Virus record (IMG/VR): IMGVR_UViG_2711768062_000001
Length of the DNA stretch: 10,603 nt
Source of the DNA: a virus
Lineage: Duplodnaviria > Heunggongvirae > Uroviricota > Caudoviricetes
Direction: 5' to 3' (one strand)
Below the pieces are notes generated by a model that saw only the letters and a program-made list of their open reading frames with translations, had not been told where the DNA came from and made no database searches. A program made the translations under genes and the position numbers. The first letter of the stretch is position 1. Each line of letters opens with the position of its first letter. Of this stretch, positions 5,796 to 10,603 are shown piece by piece.

Positions 5796-5853
5796 TTTCT
5801 GGTGACGTTTGGCGGTATCAGTTTTACTCCGTGACTGCTCTGCCGCCCTTTTT
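5796..5853 (+). ncRNA. dicF: DicF small RNA (Hfq-dependent sRNA that represses ftsZ translation), processed from the dicB operon transcript
   Basis: tttctggtgacgtttggcggtatcagttttactccgtgactgctctgccgccctttttaa matches the DicF sequence as I remember it, including the GGCGG...CCGCC stem and U-tract. It lies between ydfC and dicB, after a 340-nt untranslated spacer. Confidence 0.75.
5811..5853 (+). terminator. intrinsic terminator forming the 3' end of DicF (leaky; dicB and ydfD lie downstream)
   Basis: GC stem (ggcgg ... ccgcc) followed by CTTTTT at 5848-5853. Confidence 0.5.
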
Positions 5854-6022
5854 AAAGTGAATTTTGTGATGTGGTGAATGCGGCTGAGCGCACGCGGAAC
5901 AGTTAAAACCAAAAACAGTGTTATGGGTGGATTCTCTGTATCCGGCGTTAATTGTTAACTGGTTAACGTCACCTGGAGGCACCAGGCACCGCATCACAAA
6001 ACTCATTGTTGAGGGCGAGATA

Positions 6023-6211
6023 ATGAAAACGTTATTACCAAACGTTAATACGTCTGAAGGTTGTTTTGAAATTGGTGTCACTATCAGTAACCCTGTATTT
6101 ACTGAAGATGCCATTAACAAGAGAAAACAAGAACGGGAGCTATTAAATAAAATATGCATTGTTTCAATGCTGGCTCGTTTACGTCTGATGCCAAAAGGAT
6201 GTGCACAATGA
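6023..6211 (+). CDS. dicB: DicB, cell-division inhibitor (acts through MinC), 62 aa
   Basis: MKTLLPNVNTSEGCFEIGVTISNPVFTEDAINKRKQERELLNKICIVSMLARLRLMPKGCAQ; GAGGG 7 nt upstream of the ATG. The internal start is preferred over the 97-aa form in the track. Matches DicB as I recall it. Confidence 0.8.
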   Translation: MKTLLPNVNTSEGCFEIGVTISNPVFTEDAINKRKQERELLNKICIVSMLARLRLMPKGCAQ

Positions 6212-6399
6212 ATTCAGCATTTGCGCTTGTTCTGACAGTTTTTCTTGTTTCCGGAGTGCCAGTTGATATTGCAGTCAGTGTTCACAGGACAATGCAGGAG
6301 TGTATGACTGCAGCAACCGAACAGAAAATTCCCGGTAACTGTTACCCGGTCGATAAAGTTATTCACCAGGATAATATCGAAATCCCGGCAGGTCTTTAA
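6208..6399 (+). CDS. ydfD: YdfD, small membrane-anchored protein (reported to be lytic when overexpressed), 63 aa
   Basis: ATG overlaps the dicB stop (ATGA at 6208-6211); MNSAFALVLTVFLVSGVPVDIAVSVHRTMQECMTAATEQKIPGNCYPVDKVIHQDNIEIPAGL with an N-terminal hydrophobic helix. Length and position match K-12 ydfD. Confidence 0.7.
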   Translation: MNSAFALVLTVFLVSGVPVDIAVSVHRTMQECMTAATEQKIPGNCYPVDKVIHQDNIEIPAGL

Positions 6400-6492
6400 A
6401 ACAGTTCCGTAATAAATATCCGGTTTCATTCTTATATGCCAGCAATGGCAGGGATTTGTTCATCCTTAAATCTGTCATGAGGTTAAAACAAA

Positions 6493-8964
6493 ATGAGTAA
6501 AGTCTTTATTTGCGCCGCTATTCCTGACGAACTGGCAACAAGGGAAGAAGGCGCTGTGGCTGTAGCCACAGCCATTGAAGCTGGCGACGAACGCCGTGCT
6601 CGAGCAAAATTTCACTGGCAATTCCTGGAACATTATCCGGCTGCTCAGGACTGCGCTTATAAATTTATTGTCTGCGAGGATAAACCTGGTATACCCCGCC
6701 CTGCCCTCGATTCATGGGATGCTGAATATATGCAGGAAAACCGCTGGGATGAGGAGTCTGCTTCTTTTGTCCCGGTTGAGACTGAATCCGATCCGATGAA
6801 CGTCACTTTTGACAAGCTGGCCCCTGAAGTACAGAACGCTGTCATGGTTAAGTTCGACACATGTGAAAACATCACCGTTGATATGGTTATTAGCGCACAG
6901 GAATTGTTGCAGGAAGACATGGCAACATTCAACGGACATATCGTTGAAGCGTTGATGAAAATGCCAGAAGTTAACGCCATGTATCCGGAGCTTAAGTTGC
7001 ACGCCATTGGGTGGGTTAAGCATAAATGTATTCCTGGTGCTAAATGGCCCGAAATTCAGGCAGAGATGCGCATCTGGAAAAAACGTCGCGAAGGTGGACG
7101 CAAGGAAACCGGAAAATACACGTCTGTTGTTGATCTCGCCCGCGCCAGAGCCAATCAACAGTACACTGAAAATTCAACAGGAAAAATCAGCCCGGTCATT
7201 GCTGCCATTCATCGCGAATACAAGCAGACATGGAAAACACTGGATGACGAACTGGCCTACGCTCTCTGGCCTGGTGATGTGGATGCCGGAAACATTGACG
7301 GCAGCATCCATCGCTGGGCAAAAAATGAAGTTATCGACAACGACCGCGAAGACTGGAAGCGTATCTCGGCATCAATACGCAAACAGCCTGATGCCCTTCG
7401 CTACGACCGCCAAACTATTTTTGGCCTTGTCCGTGAGCGTCCGATCGACATTCACAAAGATCCCGTAGCACTGAACAAATATATCTGCGAATACCTGACG
7501 ACAAAGGGCGTGTTTGAGAATGAAGAAACAGACCTGGGCACTGTTGATGTTCTCAAGTCATCAGAAACACAAACTGATGCAGTGGAAACTGAGGTATCTG
7601 ATATCCCAAAAAATGAAACCGCACCGGAAGCTGAACCATCTGTAGAGCGTGAGGGGCCGTTCTATTTCCTCTTCGCAGATAAGGACGGAGAAAAATACGG
7701 TCGCGCAAACAAACTTTCTGGTCTGGATAAGGCACTGGCTGCTGGCGCCACTGAAATCACAAAAGAAGAATATTTTGCCCGAAAAAATGGCACATACACG
7801 GGCTTACCGCAAAATGTAGATACCGCTGAAGATTCAGAACAACCAGAGCCGATAAAAGTTACCGCTGACGAAGTAAACAAAATTATGCAGGCAGCCAATA
7901 TCAGCCAGCCTGACGCCGATAAGTTGCTTGCTGCATCACGTGGTGAATTTGTTGAAGGGATTAGTGACCCGAATGATCCGAAATGGGTTAAGGGGATCCA
8001 GACCCGCGATTCTGTGAACCAGAACCAGCATGAATCGGAACGGAACTACCAAAAAGCGGAACAAAACAGCCCAAATGCGTTACAAAACGAGCCAGAAACG
8101 AAACAGCCTGAATCAGTGGCGCAACAGGAAGTGGAAAAAGTCTGCACCGCCTGCGGTCAGACCGGCGGCGGCAACTGCCCTGATTGTGGCGCGGTGATGG
8201 GCGACGCAACATACCAAGAAACATTCGATGAAGAGTATCAGGTTGAAGTTCAGGAAGATGATCCGGAGGAAATGGAAGGCGCTGAACATCCACACAAGGA
8301 GAACGCTGGCGGCAATCAGCATCACGATAGCGATAATGAAACTGGCGAGACGGCAGATCACTCAATTAAGGTGAACGGTCATCACGAAATCACATCCACC
8401 AGCAGGACGTGTGACCATCTAATGATCGACCTTGAAACCATGGGAAAAAATCCTGATGCCCCGATCATCTCAATAGGTGCAATATTTTTCGATCCGCAAA
8501 CCGGAGATATGGGACCGGAATTTAGTAAGACTATCGATCTGGAAACTGCTGGCGGAGTCATTGATCGGGACACCATTAAATGGTGGCTTAAGCAATCACG
8601 CGAAGCGCAATCGGCCATTATGACCGATGAAATCCCGTTAGATGATGCACTGTTACAATTGCGGGAATTTATCGACGAAAACTCCGGTGAATTTTTTGTT
8701 CAGGTTTGGGGAAATGGAGCCAACTTCGACAACACGATTTTGCGCCGTTCATACGAACGGCAGGGGATCCCCTGCCCGTGGCGTTACTACAACGATCGCG
8801 ATGTACGCACAATCGTTGAGCTGGGGAAAGCCATAGACTTCGATGCCAGAACGGCTATTCCATTCGAAGGTGAGCGCCATAATGCACTTGATGACGCCCG
8901 TTACCAGGCAAAATACGTTTCAGTTATCTGGCAAAAACTGATCCCGAGTCAGGCTGATTCTTAA
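6493..8964 (+). CDS. ydfE: YdfE, full-length form (823 aa): N-terminal domain of unknown function, acidic low-complexity linker with a C4 zinc ribbon, C-terminal DEDDh 3'-5' exonuclease domain
   Basis: Uninterrupted 2472-nt ORF with GAGG upstream. The N-terminus MSKVFICAAIPDELATREEGAVAVATAIEAGDERRARAKFHWQFLEHYPAAQD matches my recollection of the K-12 YdfE fragment. C-terminal motifs MIDLETMG (Exo I), WGNGANFD (Exo II) and ERHNALDDARYQA (Exo III, His variant); zinc ribbon CTACGQTGGGNCPDCG at about 8143-8200. Confidence 0.8.
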   Translation: MSKVFICAAIPDELATREEGAVAVATAIEAGDERRARAKFHWQFLEHYPAAQDCAYKFIVCEDKPGIPRPALDSWDAEYMQENRWDEESASFVPVETESDPMNVTFDKLAPEVQNAVMVKFDTCENITVDMVISAQELLQEDMATFNGHIVEALMKMPEVNAMYPELKLHAIGWVKHKCIPGAKWPEIQAEMRIWKKRREGGRKETGKYTSVVDLARARANQQYTENSTGKISPVIAAIHREYKQTWKTLDDELAYALWPGDVDAGNIDGSIHRWAKNEVIDNDREDWKRISASIRKQPDALRYDRQTIFGLVRERPIDIHKDPVALNKYICEYLTTKGVFENEETDLGTVDVLKSSETQTDAVETEVSDIPKNETAPEAEPSVEREGPFYFLFADKDGEKYGRANKLSGLDKALAAGATEITKEEYFARKNGTYTGLPQNVDTAEDSEQPEPIKVTADEVNKIMQAANISQPDADKLLAASRGEFVEGISDPNDPKWVKGIQTRDSVNQNQHESERNYQKAEQNSPNALQNEPETKQPESVAQQEVEKVCTACGQTGGGNCPDCGAVMGDATYQETFDEEYQVEVQEDDPEEMEGAEHPHKENAGGNQHHDSDNETGETADHSIKVNGHHEITSTSRTCDHLMIDLETMGKNPDAPIISIGAIFFDPQTGDMGPEFSKTIDLETAGGVIDRDTIKWWLKQSREAQSAIMTDEIPLDDALLQLREFIDENSGEFFVQVWGNGANFDNTILRRSYERQGIPCPWRYYNDRDVRTIVELGKAIDFDARTAIPFEGERHNALDDARYQAKYVSVIWQKLIPSQADS

Positions 8965-9036
8965 TGTTCAACTGTCGCCGGTTGTGACTGGTATTCTGCA
9001 ACCGGCGCTCGTCTGATGTAAGAGATAAAGAAATCG

Positions 9037-9288
9037 ATGAGCGAAGTAATCATGATTGTCTCTCCCGGCAAATGGGTATCCGAAGAGCAGTTAATTGCGC
9101 TGAAAGGAATAAAAAAAGGTACGTTAAAAAAGGCCCGGGAAAAATCGTTTATGGAAGGAAGGGAATATAAGCATGTCGCTCATGACGGTATGCCATGGGA
9201 TAACAGTCCATGCTTTTACAACCTGGAAGAAATTGATCGCTGGATTGAGCGCCAGGCATCAGCAAGACCAAGACGTCATCTTACTTGA
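9037..9288 (+). CDS. excisionase-like protein (Xis family), 83 aa
   Basis: Small basic protein directly upstream of the integrase; contains ...EGREYKHV..., reminiscent of the DGREYLFHE segment of lambda Xis. The true start may be the internal ATG (IMIVSP). Confidence 0.6.
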   Translation: MSEVIMIVSPGKWVSEEQLIALKGIKKGTLKKAREKSFMEGREYKHVAHDGMPWDNSPCFYNLEEIDRWIERQASARPRRHLT

Positions 9289-9322
9289 CTAAAAGCCACA
9301 CTAACTAATGAGAGAAGTTGAA

Positions 9323-10603
9323 ATGAAATATCCGACAGGCGTGGAAAACCATGGAGGGAAATTACGTATCTGGTTTGTTTATAAAGGCGTAAGAGTCAGG
9401 GAAAACCTGGGGGTTCCTGACACAGCAAAAAACAGGCGCGTTGCAGGTGAGCTACGCGCCTCTGTTTGTTACGCAATAAAAACTGGTGTTTTCGACTATG
9501 CAAAACAGTTTCCCTCCTCACGCAATCTGGAAAAATTTGGTGAGACTCGACAAGATTTAACCATAAAAGAACTGGCTGAAAAATTTCTGGCACTGAAAGA
9601 AACTGAAGTCGCAAAAACATCACTCAACACATACCGTGCCGTCATCAAAAATATCCTGAGCATAATCGGTGAAAAAAATCTTGCCTCATCGATTAATAAA
9701 GAAAAATTACTGGAGGTTCGTAAAGAGCTACTGACTGGATACCAGATCCCCAAAAGTAACTATATTGTTACACAACCAGGGAGATCGGCTGTAACTGTAA
9801 ATAATTACATGACAAATCTTAACGCCGTGTTCCAGTTTGGTGTTGATAACGGTTACCTGGCAGATAACCCGTTTAAGGGGATCTCGCCATTAAAGGAATC
9901 AAGAACCATTCCGGATCCTCTTTCGCGGGAGGAATTCATCCGTCTTATCGATGCGTGCAGAAATCAGCAAGCCAAAAATTTATGGTGTGTTTCTGTTTAT
10001 ACTGGCGTTCGCCCTGGTGAGCTGTGTGCACTTGGATGGGAGGACATAGATCTGAAAAATGGAACAATGATGATCAGGAGAAATTTAGCAAAAGACCGTT
10101 TCACGGTACCAAAAACACAGGCGGGAACCAATCGGGTCATTCATCTTATTAAGCCAGCAATCGACGCTCTCCGGAGTCAGATGACATTAACGAGACTGAG
10201 CAAAGAGCATATCATTGATGTTCACCTCAGAGAGTATGGCAGAACAGAAAAACATAAATGCACCTTTGTTTTTCAACCTGAAGTGTCAGCGAGAGTAAAA
10301 AATTATGGTGACCATTTTACCGTTGACTCAATAAGGCAGATGTGGGACGCAGCGATAAAACGTGCCGGACTCCGCCATCGAAAATCATATCAGTCGAGAC
10401 ATACTTATGCCTGCTGGTCGCTGACAGCTGGTGCTAATCCGGCATTTATAGCAAACCAGATGGGCCATGCAGATGCGCAAATGGTATTTCAGGTATACGG
10501 AAAATGGATGTCTGAAAACAATAATGCACAGGTAGCTTTGTTAAATACACAGTTAAGCGAGTTTGCCCCAACCATGCCCCATAACGAAGCAATGAAAAAT
10601 TAA
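9323..10603 (+). CDS. tyrosine site-specific integrase (phage integrase family), 426 aa from the preferred ATG (431 aa from 9308)
   Basis: N-terminal arm-binding-like region (KYPTGVENHGGKLRIWFVYKGVRVRENLG) and C-terminal catalytic region with candidate Arg (GVRPGELCAL), His-x-x-Arg (SRHTYACWSL, MGHADAQ) and Tyr (FQVYGKWM) residues. Stop codon at the last three bases of the window. By synteny this is the counterpart of intQ, which is a pseudogene in K-12. Confidence 0.85.
   Translation: MKYPTGVENHGGKLRIWFVYKGVRVRENLGVPDTAKNRRVAGELRASVCYAIKTGVFDYAKQFPSSRNLEKFGETRQDLTIKELAEKFLALKETEVAKTSLNTYRAVIKNILSIIGEKNLASSINKEKLLEVRKELLTGYQIPKSNYIVTQPGRSAVTVNNYMTNLNAVFQFGVDNGYLADNPFKGISPLKESRTIPDPLSREEFIRLIDACRNQQAKNLWCVSVYTGVRPGELCALGWEDIDLKNGTMMIRRNLAKDRFTVPKTQAGTNRVIHLIKPAIDALRSQMTLTRLSKEHIIDVHLREYGRTEKHKCTFVFQPEVSARVKNYGDHFTVDSIRQMWDAAIKRAGLRHRKSYQSRHTYACWSLTAGANPAFIANQMGHADAQMVFQVYGKWMSENNNAQVALLNTQLSEFAPTMPHNEAMKN

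Noticed and set aside
5456-6022. Retron-like or other RT-associated ncRNA in the structured spacers around DicF
   Set aside because: There is no reverse transcriptase or any other long ORF adjacent; the inverted repeats are sufficiently explained as processing structures of the known DicF precursor.
5824-6429. Minus-strand ORFs 5824..6159 and 6214..6429
   Set aside because: They are antisense to DicF, dicB and ydfD; there is no independent support.
6575-8836. Many internal and antisense ORFs (6575..6799+, 6657..7007-, 6712..7158-, 7007..7468+, 7553..7735-, 7662..7898-, 7988..8365-, 8113..8361-, 8382..8618-, 8642..8836+)
   Set aside because: All are nested in alternative frames of the long, well-supported ydfE ORF, which has recognisable catalytic motifs; none has its own SD or recognisable features.
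6493-8964. Calling the 823-aa protein RecE (exodeoxyribonuclease VIII) with a RecT partner
   Set aside because: The C-terminal domain shows DEDDh (DnaQ-like) motifs rather than a PD-(D/E)XK nuclease signature, and no RecT/Bet/Erf-like annealase ORF exists between the dicB operon and xis.
9396-9753. Minus-strand ORFs 9396..9623 and 9496..9753
   Set aside because: They are antisense to the 5' part of the integrase gene, which has clear tyrosine-recombinase motifs on the plus strand.

Overview
This window reads as the early/immunity region of a Qin (Dic)-type lambdoid prophage from an E. coli-like enterobacterium, running from a partial IS3 at the left edge to the integrase stop codon at the right edge. 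All calls rest on reading the sequence, motif recognition and recall of known proteins; no database search was possible. Left half, minus strand (rightward operon of the switch): Cro-like DicC, a 173-aa early protein, an O-like replication initiator carrying an iteron origin inside its own reading frame, a 140-aa protein, and a methyltransferase-like ORF ending at an in-frame TAA. Right half, plus strand: DicA repressor, then the dicB cell-division-inhibitor operon (ydfA, ydfB, ydfC, structured leader, DicF sRNA, dicB, ydfD), a full-length 823-aa YdfE, an excisionase-like gene and a tyrosine integrase. Gene lengths match the K-12 Qin dicB operon as I recall it, but here ydfE and int appear intact. 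The most interesting items are: (1) YdfE, an uncharacterised three-part protein with a C4 zinc ribbon and a C-terminal DEDDh 3'-5' exonuclease domain, sitting where exo/bet or recE/recT normally lie but with no annealase partner; (2) perfect TGTTAGA-N4-TCTAACA operators at both promoters of the switch; (3) the embedded iteron origin; (4) a gene-poor, AT-rich, hairpin-rich stretch (about 300-1770) holding a strongly initiated 59-aa two-helix membrane ORF and several micro-ORFs next to the IS3 insertion.
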